From contig JAKOVY010000020.1 of assembly GCA_029781825.1 (NCBI GenBank), positions 24,449 to 88,448 of the forward strand: a stretch of 64,000 nt of DNA, written 5' to 3'. Source of the stretch: Bacillota bacterium. GTDB lineage: Bacteria > Bacillota > Syntrophomonadia > Syntrophomonadales > DTU052. Made by a program: the position numbers and the translations under genes. This document shows, one piece after another, positions 28,034 to 37,993 of the stretch (the stretch's first letter is position 1; each line of letters starts with the position of its first letter). Under the pieces are notes generated by a model. The model searched no databases. It saw nothing but the letters and a program-made list of their open reading frames with translations, and was not told where the DNA came from.

Positions 28034-30031
28034 CTATTCCTGGCTCTCCAGGTAAGCGGCTACCGTTTCCCTATCAGCCTCCAGCTCCGCATCCCTTATG
28101 CTCAGGCCGATCCTTTTTGCTTCGGTATCCATGCTAATGACTTTGACCTTGACTTGCTGTCCAACCTGAACCACGTCTTCAGTCTTCGCCACTCTCCTGT
28201 CCGCCAGTTGGGAGATATGGACCAATCCGTCAATACCGGGTTCCAACTCCACGAAGGCTCCGAATTGTGCGATACGAACCACAGTGCCGGTTACAATATC
28301 GCCCACCTGCAACTTCTCCGCGATCGTGTCCCAGGGACTGGGAATGACTTTCTTCCGGCTCAGGGAAACCCGTTCGGTTTCACGGTCGACCCCCAGCACG
28401 TATACCTCAATCTCTTCTCCCTCAGTCAGTACATCCTCAGGTCGCGCAACCCGGGCATGATTAATCTCCGATACATGCAGAAGTCCTTCGAAACCGCCCA
28501 GGTCGACAAAAGCGCCATACTCGGTAATCCTCTTGACGACACCTTTCCTGATTTGTCCCTCGGCTATCTCATCCCAGAACTGCTTTCTCCGGGCTTCTTT
28601 CTCCTTTTCGATTAAGCGGGAACGGGAAAGGACTACCTGGGAACCTCTCCGCTTATTACGGTTGAACTCCAAAATCTCGAAGTTCAATTCCTGCCCAACA
28701 TACTTTTCCAAATCCCGGACAAAACCATCCTCAACCTGGGAAGCGGGTAAAAACCCGGTTACTCCAACGTCTACCAGGAGCCCGCCTTTGATGGTTTTCA
28801 GCACTTTGCCCGAAACCGGAGTTCCTTCCCTAGCCGCTTCCTCAAGGGCATCCAGGGCGTATTCCTGGTCAACCCTGCGTTTGGAAACCAGAATGGTACC
28901 TTCATCATCCCAGCGCAGGACCATAACATCGATCTCATCACCCACCGCGACTACCTCGTCGGGAGATTTAATATCCTGCACCGAAAGTTCTCTCAGAGGT
29001 ATGATTCCCTCAGATTTGCCCCCGACATCGACCATCACTTCGTCCTGGCCAATCTGCACCACACGACCTCTGAGGATGGTACCTTTCTCCACTTCCTTCA
29101 TGAACTCGGCCATCTCCGCTTCGAGTTCAGCAAACGTTTCTTCCTGGGTACTGCTGGTGTTTAGCGCTTGTTCATCTTGTGCTGCATTGCTCTCCAGCTC
29201 CGACATCCGACTCAATACCTCCTTAATTACCCAATCTGGAGTAGAAGCACCTGCAGTAACACCCACGTCTTTTTTCCCTTCAAACCACTCAGGCCTGAGT
29301 TCCTCCGCCGTCTCTATCTGATAGGTAGTAACCTTTCTGTCTTCACAGATCTTTGCCAGAGACCTGGTATTCGAGCTTCGACGATCTCCAACTACTACCA
29401 TTAGGTCGACGTGACCTGCCAGTTCGGCAACAGCCTGCTGTCGTCGCAAACTGGCATTACATATGGTGTTATATCCCCTGATTTCACGCGCGCGTGAAAT
29501 CAGTTCTTGAACAATCTGCCGGTACTCCGATTCCTGAATTGTGGTCTGGCATATCACGGCAATTTTGTTGCAGGGCGGCAAACCGGCAACGTCTTCCGGC
29601 ATGCGGGCAACTAAAGCGTTATTGCCTGCCCGGCTTTGGATCCCTTTGACCTCGGGATGGTCCTTGTCTCCCACAATCACAACTTGATAGTGATCATCGA
29701 CCAGCTTTCGCGCCAGTTCCTGGACCTGCTTGACATGGGGACAGGTTGCATCGATTATGCTCAATCCCCGAGATTCAATCTCCGATTGAACCTCCTGAGG
29801 TATGCCATGGGAACGGATAATCACACCGCCGCAGGGTATTTCGTCGATACTTTCCACGGACGCAATGCCCTTATCCGCTAATAAACCCACAACCTCCCGG
29901 TTATGCACCAGAGGTCCCAGTGTGTACCAGGGACCGCCTTCCGCCGGTGCATTCACTGCCAGGTCAACTGCCCGTTTCACCCCATAACAAAACCCGGCGT
30001 GATCAGCCAGATATATATGCAAGATTTCCAC
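28034..30031 (-). CDS. ispH: bifunctional 4-hydroxy-3-methylbut-2-enyl diphosphate reductase (IspH) / ribosomal protein S1-domain fusion
   Basis: 665 aa. The N-terminal ~285 aa is IspH/LytB (HAGFCYGVKRAV, GPLVHN). The C-terminal part has four S1 repeats. This fusion is well known in Clostridia. Confidence 0.9.
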   Translation of the reverse strand: MEILHIYLADHAGFCYGVKRAVDLAVNAPAEGGPWYTLGPLVHNREVVGLLADKGIASVESIDEIPCGGVIIRSHGIPQEVQSEIESRGLSIIDATCPHVKQVQELARKLVDDHYQVVIVGDKDHPEVKGIQSRAGNNALVARMPEDVAGLPPCNKIAVICQTTIQESEYRQIVQELISRAREIRGYNTICNASLRRQQAVAELAGHVDLMVVVGDRRSSNTRSLAKICEDRKVTTYQIETAEELRPEWFEGKKDVGVTAGASTPDWVIKEVLSRMSELESNAAQDEQALNTSSTQEETFAELEAEMAEFMKEVEKGTILRGRVVQIGQDEVMVDVGGKSEGIIPLRELSVQDIKSPDEVVAVGDEIDVMVLRWDDEGTILVSKRRVDQEYALDALEEAAREGTPVSGKVLKTIKGGLLVDVGVTGFLPASQVEDGFVRDLEKYVGQELNFEILEFNRNKRRGSQVVLSRSRLIEKEKEARRKQFWDEIAEGQIRKGVVKRITEYGAFVDLGGFEGLLHVSEINHARVARPEDVLTEGEEIEVYVLGVDRETERVSLSRKKVIPSPWDTIAEKLQVGDIVTGTVVRIAQFGAFVELEPGIDGLVHISQLADRRVAKTEDVVQVGQQVKVKVISMDTEAKRIGLSIRDAELEADRETVAAYLESQE

Positions 30032-30081
30032 CTCGCATTGCCATGTTTATATGTTCTAATCTTAGCGACAATATTCCTGCC

Positions 30082-30681
30082 TCAGGATGCTCTGAGAACT
30101 GATATTTTGTCCATAATATCCCGACTAATTTCTTCCAGCAGCGAGGTAGACAGTTTTGCGTCATAATATTCGTCATACGAGATCGGCTTGCCGATCTTTA
30201 CGATAACCGGCGAAAACCATCCCCAAGGGAAAATCTTTCGGGTACCGATAAACATTACCGGCACTATCGGAGCCCTGCTCTTCAGCACCAGCATGGCTAT
30301 ACCGTGCTGCGGCTTTGATAGCTCCCCGGTCTTGCTACGGGTGCCTTCAGGGAACATCCCCAGCACCTTATCCTCTTCCAGGATTTTCAGGGCTGTCTTC
30401 AGAGCCGTCCGATCCGGACTACCCCGCTTAACCGGAAAAGCATAAAGTTTGCGCAAAAACTTGGCAATCAACACGTGTTCAAACAGCTCTTCCTTGGCCA
30501 TAAAATGAATTGGTCTGTCGACGAATGCCGCTATCACCACCGGATCCCAGAAACCCACGTGGTTGCCTGCTATAATCACTGCTCCCTCTGAGGGGAGATT
30601 CTCTCTCCCTTCCACCTTGACCCGGCCTATCCAAAAAAGCACTGCCACAATTCTTTTCAGAAAAGAATAAAGCAAAATCAC
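30082..30681 (-). CDS. plsC: 1-acyl-sn-glycerol-3-phosphate acyltransferase
   Basis: 199 aa with the NHVGFWD (HX4D) and FPEGTRS motifs. Overlaps the cmk stop. Confidence 0.85.
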   Translation of the reverse strand: MILLYSFLKRIVAVLFWIGRVKVEGRENLPSEGAVIIAGNHVGFWDPVVIAAFVDRPIHFMAKEELFEHVLIAKFLRKLYAFPVKRGSPDRTALKTALKILEEDKVLGMFPEGTRSKTGELSKPQHGIAMLVLKSRAPIVPVMFIGTRKIFPWGWFSPVIVKIGKPISYDEYYDAKLSTSLLEEISRDIMDKISVLRAS

Positions 30682-31334
30682 CCCTCCCTAATAACACCCA
30701 AAACACACTGGACAGCGCTTTCGCAATCAATATCGCTGGTATCAATAACCACTGCATCGGGGGTAATCTTCAAGGGACCTACTTTTCGGTTCATGTCGAG
30801 TTGGTCTCTCTCCATGATTTCCCGTTTCAACTGTTCCAGATCAACGTCATAACCTTGATCCATCAATTCCTGGCCGCGTCTCCTGGTGCGAACGTCCAGG
30901 GATGCAGTGAGATAGAACTTGTATTCTGCATCCGGCAGCACGCAATGCGTGATATCCCGTCCGTCCATCACCACATCGTTACGCGAGGCAATAGCGCGCT
31001 GTTTTTCCACCATTACCTCTCTCACCTTATCATCGGCAGCCAGCACCGAAACCATACGGGAAACCTCGGGGCTTCGAATCTCGCTGGTAACCTCCTGGCC
31101 ATCACAGTATATGCGTGTGCCGTCGCCATCGTCTCGTATATCAATTACCGTATCTGCTGCCAGTTTATGAAGTTCCTCCGGGGAGGCGAAATCGATTTTC
31201 AATTGCAGCGCTTTCCATGTCAAGGCCCGATACATGGCACCTGTATCAATGTAAAGAATGCCAAGTTCTTTGGCGACACGCCTTGCGACTGTGCTCTTTC
31301 CCGCTCCGGCCGGGCCGTCAATAGCTATCTTCAA
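30678..31334 (-). CDS. cmk: cytidylate kinase
   Basis: 218 aa with a TTG start. Starts IAIDGPAGAGKSTVAR. Confidence 0.9.
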   Translation of the reverse strand: MKIAIDGPAGAGKSTVARRVAKELGILYIDTGAMYRALTWKALQLKIDFASPEELHKLAADTVIDIRDDGDGTRIYCDGQEVTSEIRSPEVSRMVSVLAADDKVREVMVEKQRAIASRNDVVMDGRDITHCVLPDAEYKFYLTASLDVRTRRRGQELMDQGYDVDLEQLKREIMERDQLDMNRKVGPLKITPDAVVIDTSDIDCESAVQCVLGVIREG

Positions 31335-31494
31335 GGTATAAAACCCCGTTTGCTTCAGATGTTCTCAATCATTTTAGCATATTCACCCCAATTAACAACA
31401 CCAGCCGGAACCGTTTAGGCGTAATAACATGACGAAAGACGGCATTCTTCTGCCATAAAGTCATGCCATATAAGGAGCGGCCTATTTGAAGCAT

Positions 31495-32781
31495 TTACCT
31501 GGTCAGGGCTTGCAGGTCTTGCAGGAAGGAGGGATATGATATGTCAACGCAGTTGAAGTCCTCCACCATAACGGGCATTTCGGCTGCGAGCCCGGCTACT
31601 GCCGAGGCCATGGCAATACGGTGGTCACCGCCGGCCGCCAGCCGACAATTTCCTGGTATCTTTCCCCGGCCGTGAATGACAAACCCGTCAGCGGTCTCGG
31701 CAGCCTCCACTCCCATCTGTTTGAGGATGGAGACAATCATGGCAATGCGGTCCGACTCCTTGGCTCGGAGTTCCACCGCATCCCTGACCGCGGAAGTCCC
31801 GTGGGCCATGGCCATGGCTACAGCCAAAACCGGGATTTCGTCAATGAGGGACGGGATTATGCTCCCCCCGATCGCAATCGGTTTAAGCTCGGAGTGCTTA
31901 ACCAGGATATCGGCTACCGGCTCACCGTTTATTATCCGATAATCCTCAAGGTGTATTTCGGCCCCCATGCTCTCAAGCACCGTTATTACCCCGGCGCGCG
32001 TGGGGTTGACCCCGACATCACGCACCAGCACCTCCGAACCGGGGACTATGGCAGCCGCCGCCAGCCAGAAGGCGGCGGAGGAAATGTCGCCGGGAATTCT
32101 CCACTCCATACTGTTCAGGTCACACGGCCCCCGTAAGCGTATCTCATTCTGATTTCTCTCCAGATTTGCGCCCATCTCGAGGAGCATCCTTTCCGTATGG
32201 TCGCGAGACAAAACGGTTTCCCGGATTACCGTCTCTCCGCGGGCATCAAGGGCTGCCAGCAAAATGGCGGATTTCACCTGGGCACTTGCTACCTCCATTT
32301 GATACTCTATGCCCTTAAGCTCTCCTCCCCGGATCACCAGAGGAGCCAACCGGGAATTTTCACGCCCGCAGATAACCGCCCCCATCATTGACAGGGGTTT
32401 GACAACCCTGGCCATGGGCCGTCGGCGCAGCGAGCTGTCTCCGGTAAGCACGGTGAGAAATGGCCGGGTAGCCGCGACTCCGGATAAAAGCCGCATTGTG
32501 GTCCCGGAATTGCCGCAGTCCAGAACATCATCGGGTTCGGTCAAGCCGGCGTAGCCTTTACCCCGGATTCGCATAACCTCTCCATCCCGGACAATTTCGA
32601 CCCCCAACCGGCGCATACAGCGTATGGTGGATTTGACGTCCTCCCCCATAGAGATCTTGTGAACAACGCTCTCTCCTTTGGCCAAAGAAGCCAGGATAAC
32701 GGCGCGATGAGAAATCGATTTGTCCCCCGGCACGGTCAGTTCTCCGCGCAGTGGGCCGGATTTCTTAAACTCAATGTCCAT
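31495..32781 (-). CDS. aroA: 3-phosphoshikimate 1-carboxyvinyltransferase (EPSP synthase)
   Basis: 428 aa with PGDKSISHRA and GNSGTTMRLL. Confidence 0.95.
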   Translation of the reverse strand: MDIEFKKSGPLRGELTVPGDKSISHRAVILASLAKGESVVHKISMGEDVKSTIRCMRRLGVEIVRDGEVMRIRGKGYAGLTEPDDVLDCGNSGTTMRLLSGVAATRPFLTVLTGDSSLRRRPMARVVKPLSMMGAVICGRENSRLAPLVIRGGELKGIEYQMEVASAQVKSAILLAALDARGETVIRETVLSRDHTERMLLEMGANLERNQNEIRLRGPCDLNSMEWRIPGDISSAAFWLAAAAIVPGSEVLVRDVGVNPTRAGVITVLESMGAEIHLEDYRIINGEPVADILVKHSELKPIAIGGSIIPSLIDEIPVLAVAMAMAHGTSAVRDAVELRAKESDRIAMIVSILKQMGVEAAETADGFVIHGRGKIPGNCRLAAGGDHRIAMASAVAGLAAEMPVMVEDFNCVDISYPSFLQDLQALTR

Positions 32782-32872
32782 GCTATCTCTCCTGAAATAA
32801 CTTACAACCCGGGTTTTCCCCGATTTATGAATCTTTACAATTTTATCGTCAGTATCGCCTCAGGCGGCCGTA

Positions 32873-33955
32873 TCATCTCAACCAGGCCTTGATCCCCCGT
32901 GACTGCAGGGTGGCAACGGCGGTCGGCCCGTCCTCTTCACGGCTGAGTCCGATGCGGATGGTACCTCCATCCCCTTCCCGAACCCGCAGAATCTCGATAT
33001 CGGCTATGTTGATACCCTTTTCCCCCAGATAGCTGCCGAGAGCGCCAATTATTCCGGGCTGATCCGGTACGATGCAGACCAGTTCCTGTTCCGCCAGGCT
33101 CAGGCCTCTTCTTTTGGACGGCATGGCCTCTCTTATCGCCCGCGCGGTCCTCAAAAATTCATGCAGCTCCAGGGATCTATGCGCCTGAAGAATATCCTTA
33201 AGGCGGGTGAGCTCCTCCATAAACGCTTCCAACTGCTCGGCCAGCAGCCGGCGGTTGGAAAGGAGTATCTGAGTCCAGAGCTCGGGGTCTCCGCTGGCCA
33301 CCCGGGTGGTATCACGAAATCCCCCGGCAGCCAGGGTCATAGCTTCATCCTGCCCCTCAAGCATACTCACCAGGGCACTGGCAACAAGGTGGGGCAAGTG
33401 GCTTACCATCGCCACCAGGCGGTCATGCTTTTCTGCATCCATGGTTATTATGTGAGCACCGGTTGGTCGCAAAAGCAAACTCAGTTCCTCGACTGCACTC
33501 CGAGGAGTATTACAGCCGGGAGTCAGTACATAAACCGCGTTCTCAAACAGGTAACGGTCGGCTCCCGTTATCCCCTGCCGCTCCGAACCGGCCATGGGGT
33601 GACCGCCGACCCCTCGCAGGCCCATTTCCGCCAGTTCGTCGAACACCCTTACTATGTCCTGTTTGGTGCTGCCTACATCGGTTAAGAGGCAGCCTTTCCG
33701 ACAGAATTGGGCCGCTTGGCGGGCTATATCAGCTAAAGTGTTGATCGGGGTACAAAGGAAGATGCAATCTGCCCAGGCGGAGAGCTTCTGAAGACTGCCG
33801 GTCCATTTTACCGCCCCCATCTGCAGGGCCTTTTCCATAGTTTCAGAATCCCGGTCGTAACCGGCCACTTCGATACCAGTGTCCTGGGTCAGAGCCAAAC
33901 CCAGAGAACTCCCGATTATTCCCAGACCCAATATTGCTACCCTGGTGCCCATCAC
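32873..33955 (-). CDS. tyrA: prephenate dehydrogenase with C-terminal ACT domain
   Basis: 360 aa with Rossmann [14 protein letters not shown] and GGHPMAG. The C-terminal ~70 aa is ACT-like. Confidence 0.9.
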   Translation of the reverse strand: MMGTRVAILGLGIIGSSLGLALTQDTGIEVAGYDRDSETMEKALQMGAVKWTGSLQKLSAWADCIFLCTPINTLADIARQAAQFCRKGCLLTDVGSTKQDIVRVFDELAEMGLRGVGGHPMAGSERQGITGADRYLFENAVYVLTPGCNTPRSAVEELSLLLRPTGAHIITMDAEKHDRLVAMVSHLPHLVASALVSMLEGQDEAMTLAAGGFRDTTRVASGDPELWTQILLSNRRLLAEQLEAFMEELTRLKDILQAHRSLELHEFLRTARAIREAMPSKRRGLSLAEQELVCIVPDQPGIIGALGSYLGEKGINIADIEILRVREGDGGTIRIGLSREEDGPTAVATLQSRGIKAWLR

Positions 33956-34959
33956 ACCCTCCCATTTTGCAGTAACTTATCAAGTCGGGTCATCAAGTGA
34001 GCAAAATTCTGTGGAGTCAGACTTTGGGGTCCATCCGACAGGGCTTCCGCCGGGTTCTGGTGCACCTCAATCATAAGACCGTCACATCCTGCCACCACTG
34101 CCGCCAGGGCCATCGGTTCCACCAACCTCCACTTGCCGGTACCGTGGCTGGGGTCCACGATCACCGGAAGGTGGGTCAGCCGTTTGAGAGCCGGAATGGC
34201 GCTGAGGTCCAGGGTGTTTCGGGTGTAGTTCTCAAAGGTCCGGATCCCTCTTTCGCACATAATAACCTGGGGATTGCCGCTGGAAACGATGTATTCAGCC
34301 GCCATGATCCACTCCTCCAGGGTGGCTGAGGGGCCGCGTTTCAAAACGACCGGCTTGTCGACCTGACCTACCTCTCGCAACAGAAAGAAATTCTGCATAT
34401 TGCGGGCTCCTATCTGCAGAACATCGGCATAACGGGCTACCAGTTCAACGCTGCGCTGGTCCATAACCTCGGTTACCACCGGCAGGCCGGTCAATTCCCG
34501 GGCTTCGGCCAGAATCTTCAGTCCTTCCTCTTCCAGCCCCTGAAAACTGTAAGGCGAGGTTCGAGGCTTGAAAGCTCCCCCGCGCAACATGGTGGCTCCG
34601 GCTTCTTTGACCAACATCGCCACTTCCAGGTATTTCTCCCGGGATTCCACCGCACAGGGACCGGCAATAATTTGAACCCCTCCATCGCCAATTTTCCGGT
34701 CCCTCACCGTAACCACCGTATCATCGCTCTTAAACTCACGAGAGGTTAGTTTGAAAGGCTTCATAACGGGTACAACTTTTTCAACCCCGGGAAGAGCTTC
34801 CAGAAAACCAAGATCCACCTGACTGCGGTCACCGATGGCACCGATTATGGTCCGCTCCACCCCTCGGGAGAGGTGGATCTTAAACCCAGCCTGGCGCAGT
34901 CGTGCCTGGACCTGTTCAATTTCTTCATTGCTGGCGTTTTTCTCCATTACTACTACCAT
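33952..34959 (-). CDS. aroF: 3-deoxy-7-phosphoheptulonate (DAHP) synthase, class I-beta with an N-terminal ferredoxin-like regulatory domain
   Basis: Start re-set to ATG 34959 ([17 protein letters not shown]...), which aligns with the Thermotoga-type DAHPS N-terminus. Core motifs [25 protein letters not shown] and DPSH. Confidence 0.9.
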   Translation of the reverse strand: MVVVMEKNASNEEIEQVQARLRQAGFKIHLSRGVERTIIGAIGDRSQVDLGFLEALPGVEKVVPVMKPFKLTSREFKSDDTVVTVRDRKIGDGGVQIIAGPCAVESREKYLEVAMLVKEAGATMLRGGAFKPRTSPYSFQGLEEEGLKILAEARELTGLPVVTEVMDQRSVELVARYADVLQIGARNMQNFFLLREVGQVDKPVVLKRGPSATLEEWIMAAEYIVSSGNPQVIMCERGIRTFENYTRNTLDLSAIPALKRLTHLPVIVDPSHGTGKWRLVEPMALAAVVAGCDGLMIEVHQNPAEALSDGPQSLTPQNFAHLMTRLDKLLQNGRV

Positions 34960-34990
34960 GTTCATTCCCCTTTCCGGAGATGGGAATATC

Positions 34991-35021
34991 AAAAAAGCGC
35001 CCAGGCAATAACCAGACGCTT
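34991..35021 (-). terminator. terminator/attenuator hairpin plus U6, 30 nt upstream of the aroF start
   Basis: The minus strand reads AAGCGTCTGG-ttattg-CCTGGGCGCTT (one bulge) followed by TTTTTTGA. Confidence 0.55.
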
Positions 35022-35150
35022 ATCAAATGCCTACTATTCCCACCGTCCTACCATACTACTTTTTCTTGGTCGGCTCTTATTCGACTGCCGAAATACAATA
35101 TAAAGAATACCACAGACTGGAACTTGCTTTCAACGGATCGATCCTTGGAA

Positions 35151-35981
35151 TCACATCCTCTTGCCTTCAAGCCGGGCCAGGGCTTTGATTTCATCCATTA
35201 AACGGCCGAAGTTCTCGCCGGTTAAAGATTGCTCTCCATCCGAAAGCGCCGCCTCCGGATGGGGGTGTACTTCAATCATCAGTCCGTCCGCCCCCGCTGC
35301 AATGGCCGCCTTGGCAACAGGCCTGACCAACTGCCACTTCCCCAGGGCATGACTGGGATCGACGATCACCGGCAGGTGGCTTACCTCCTTGAGCAGAGGC
35401 ACCACCCCGATATCAACCGTATTGCGGGTCATATTTTCAAAGGTTCGGATTCCCCGCTCGCAGAGGATTACCCGCTCATTACCGCCCGCCATAAGATATT
35501 CAGCCGCCAGCAGCCATTCTTCCACCGTGGCGGCATACCCCCGTTTTATGAGTACCGGAGTTTTCTGCCGGCTCAAGTCCCGCAGCAGGGGGTAATTGTG
35601 CATATTGCGGCTTCCCACCTGCACAATATCCGCCACCTCCAATACCCGGTCAATGTCCCGGACATCCAAAACCTCGGTAATGATGGGAAGGCCCGTCTCC
35701 TTCCGAGCCAGAGCCAGATACCTAAGGCCCTGCACCCCGAGTCCCGGGAAAGAATACGGAGATGTACGAGGTTTAAAAGCGCCTCCCCGCAGGATATGTG
35801 CTCCCAGCTTCTTAACCAGTCGGGCGGTGATCAGAATGCTCTCCTCTGATTCCACGGCGCACGGACCGGCAATTATGGTGCAGAATCCTTCACCAATCAT
35901 GCAGGTGCCGGCACCGTCGCGGCCACCGATTTCAATAATGGTGTCTTTTCCGTCTCTTGCTGCCAATCGATACGGTTTCAC
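35151..35981 (-). CDS. DAHP synthase, class I-beta, lacking the long regulatory domain (second paralogue)
   Basis: 276 aa with a GTG start 7 nt after GGAGGA. Core motifs [25 protein letters not shown] and DPSH. Confidence 0.85.
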   Translation of the reverse strand: MKPYRLAARDGKDTIIEIGGRDGAGTCMIGEGFCTIIAGPCAVESEESILITARLVKKLGAHILRGGAFKPRTSPYSFPGLGVQGLRYLALARKETGLPIITEVLDVRDIDRVLEVADIVQVGSRNMHNYPLLRDLSRQKTPVLIKRGYAATVEEWLLAAEYLMAGGNERVILCERGIRTFENMTRNTVDIGVVPLLKEVSHLPVIVDPSHALGKWQLVRPVAKAAIAAGADGLMIEVHPHPEAALSDGEQSLTGENFGRLMDEIKALARLEGKRM

Positions 35982-36171
35982 GATAATTCCTCCATGGTTA
36001 TTTTACCAGTAGCCATCTCATAAATACAGTGACATTGTTTATTCACCCCGGAACTATACCGCAGCAACGAGTCAAGTTTAATGCGGCGGTGTCGACTGAT
36101 AAACGGTTTAGGATATAAAATATGACCATGGATCGGGAACACTTCTGAATATTGCAACGAGGTGAAAGGAT

Positions 36172-36990
36172 ATGGCCAGGATTTTGGATGTGGGCATATG
36201 CCAAATGGAAGTTGTTGATAACAAAGAAGTAAACCTGGCGACGGCCACCCGAATGATAGGAAAGGCGGTTGCCGCCGGCTGTCAGCTGGTGGTCCTGCCG
36301 GAAATGTTCAATTGCCCCTATGCCGGGCACTATTTCCCAGTTTATGCCGAACCCATTCCTGGAATAACTTCCATCCGCATGAGTGAACTGGCTCGGGAAA
36401 ACGAAATCTACCTGATCGCGGGCTCAATCCCGGAGCGAGACGGGGAACAAATATTCAACACCAGTATGGTATTCAACCCCGAGGGGAAAATGATCGCCAA
36501 ACATCGGAAACTGCATCTCTTTGATGTGGACATCCCCGGAGGCATCACCTTTTTTGAGTCGGATACCCTCTCGCCCGGTAAGGATGTTACCACCTTTACC
36601 ACCAGCTTTGGGAAGATGGGACTCGCCATATGCTACGACCTGCGGTTCCCCGAATTGGCCAGAACCATGACCTTGCAGGGAGCCGAGGTTATCATTTATC
36701 CCGGCGCATTTAACCAGGTAACTGGTCCTCTGCACTGGGAGATCTTGCTGCGCGCCCGAGCGGTTGACAACCAGGTTTTCGTTTTGGCCGCCAGTCCCGC
36801 CAATACCCCGGGCGGCGTTTACCCGGCCTATGGACACTCGATGATAGTTGATCCGTGGGGCAAGATTGTCGCCGAAGCCGGAAACCAGGAGGCGGTGCTC
36901 ACAGCCAGGATAGACCTGGAGACAGTATGCCAGGTAAGAAAAGAAATACCGGTGTTGAAGCACCGGCGTCCGGAAATCTACACATTGTAA
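36172..36990 (+). CDS. carbon-nitrogen hydrolase family protein (omega-amidase/nitrilase-like)
   Basis: 272 aa with VVLPEMF (catalytic Glu), HRKLHLF (Lys) and LAICYDLRFPE (Cys). Confidence 0.85.
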   Translation: MARILDVGICQMEVVDNKEVNLATATRMIGKAVAAGCQLVVLPEMFNCPYAGHYFPVYAEPIPGITSIRMSELARENEIYLIAGSIPERDGEQIFNTSMVFNPEGKMIAKHRKLHLFDVDIPGGITFFESDTLSPGKDVTTFTTSFGKMGLAICYDLRFPELARTMTLQGAEVIIYPGAFNQVTGPLHWEILLRARAVDNQVFVLAASPANTPGGVYPAYGHSMIVDPWGKIVAEAGNQEAVLTARIDLETVCQVRKEIPVLKHRRPEIYTL

Positions 36991-37053
36991 GATAAAAGCC
37001 GTGGTATGACAAGTGCCACACCCGAAAACTTTTGCTCGCAGCCAAGGATTTGC

Positions 37054-37416
37054 TTAATCTGACGCCATATCGGGTCTTAGTGCGGCCGCCCCGCGTAAGT
37101 AGACATGCTTGATCTCCGCCTGTGACTTATCGGTGTTCACATGGAGCAGTACCCGGATACATCGGGGCAGGGATTCGGGAACCGGTATTTCCTGACTGCA
37201 AATCATGGGCACCCGGGTCCATCCCATCAGGCGCGCGCTTCGGGCGGGAAATTCGGACGTAATATCAGGGGTAACAGTAAAAATGGCACTGACAACGTCT
37301 TCCGCCGCAAAACCGTTCTTATCCATCAGGGCAGTCAGCATCTCCTGCGTAGCGTTGATGATCTCCTCGGGTGTATCCTCCGTTACGGTGATGGCACCTC
37401 TGACTCCTCTCACCAT
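37054..37416 (-). CDS. aroH: chorismate mutase, AroH class
   Basis: Start re-set to ATG 37416. Starts MVRGVRGAITVTEDTPEEI, with TVTPDITSEFPA and ends LRPD. Confidence 0.85.
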   Translation of the reverse strand: MVRGVRGAITVTEDTPEEIINATQEMLTALMDKNGFAAEDVVSAIFTVTPDITSEFPARSARLMGWTRVPMICSQEIPVPESLPRCIRVLLHVNTDKSQAEIKHVYLRGAAALRPDMASD

Positions 37417-37510
37417 CTGCGTTCCGCCCCCCGGCAATTCCAATCATAGTGATGCTGCATTGTCGCGCTGACGCACACTGCGACAAGCTTTTGCAAGCCG
37501 ATCTCTTTGA

Positions 37511-37930
37511 TCAGGGAACCGCTCTATGGCCGAGACCAATGGCGACCTCGTCCAAGTGCAGCAGCCCAATGCCCATAAAAACAGCAACCCCGATATGATC
37601 CCCGTAGCGGGCAATTCCTATTTTACCGCCTATATTCAGCCCCAGGGCCTTGGGCATAATCTGGCTTACCGCTTCCCTGGTAGCTCCGGCAATGGCTCCT
37701 TCATCGGGATGTGTGTCCTTGATCACACCCTCGCGCTTGGCGGCAACTACCGCCCTTTCCACCATCTTTCCGATGGAGCCGATGAACTCGCCCCCGTAAT
37801 CAACCGCCGCCGCTCGAATATCTTCACGCATCAATTCCTTTTTTAGCTGTGATTCTTCCTGCCTGCTCGTGGTGAGAGCCATTTTAATGGCTGCGGAGGC
37901 AACCTTCTTGCTTCCAGCCTCGCTCATCAT
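37511..37930 (-). CDS. HutP-family RNA-binding regulator homologue
   Basis: About 139 aa starting at ATG 37930. By eye it is similar to B. subtilis HutP along its length (GSIGKMVERAVVAAKREGVI..., THPDEGAIAGATREA, C-terminal GLGHRAV). There are no hut catabolic genes nearby. Confidence 0.65.
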   Translation of the reverse strand: MMSEAGSKKVASAAIKMALTTSRQEESQLKKELMREDIRAAAVDYGGEFIGSIGKMVERAVVAAKREGVIKDTHPDEGAIAGATREAVSQIMPKALGLNIGGKIGIARYGDHIGVAVFMGIGLLHLDEVAIGLGHRAVP

Positions 37931-37993
37931 CCCAGTCCCCCACTCCGGTCTCTTATCTTCCAGTTTAAACAACAAGCCTCCGAGTGTACAGCG

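Noticed and set aside
37417-37510. A HutP-type terminator/UAG target directly between the HutP-like gene and aroH, by analogy with hutP-hutH.
   Set aside because: The spacer has one hairpin (TTGTCGC...GCGACAA), but no U-tract and no UAG triplet cluster.
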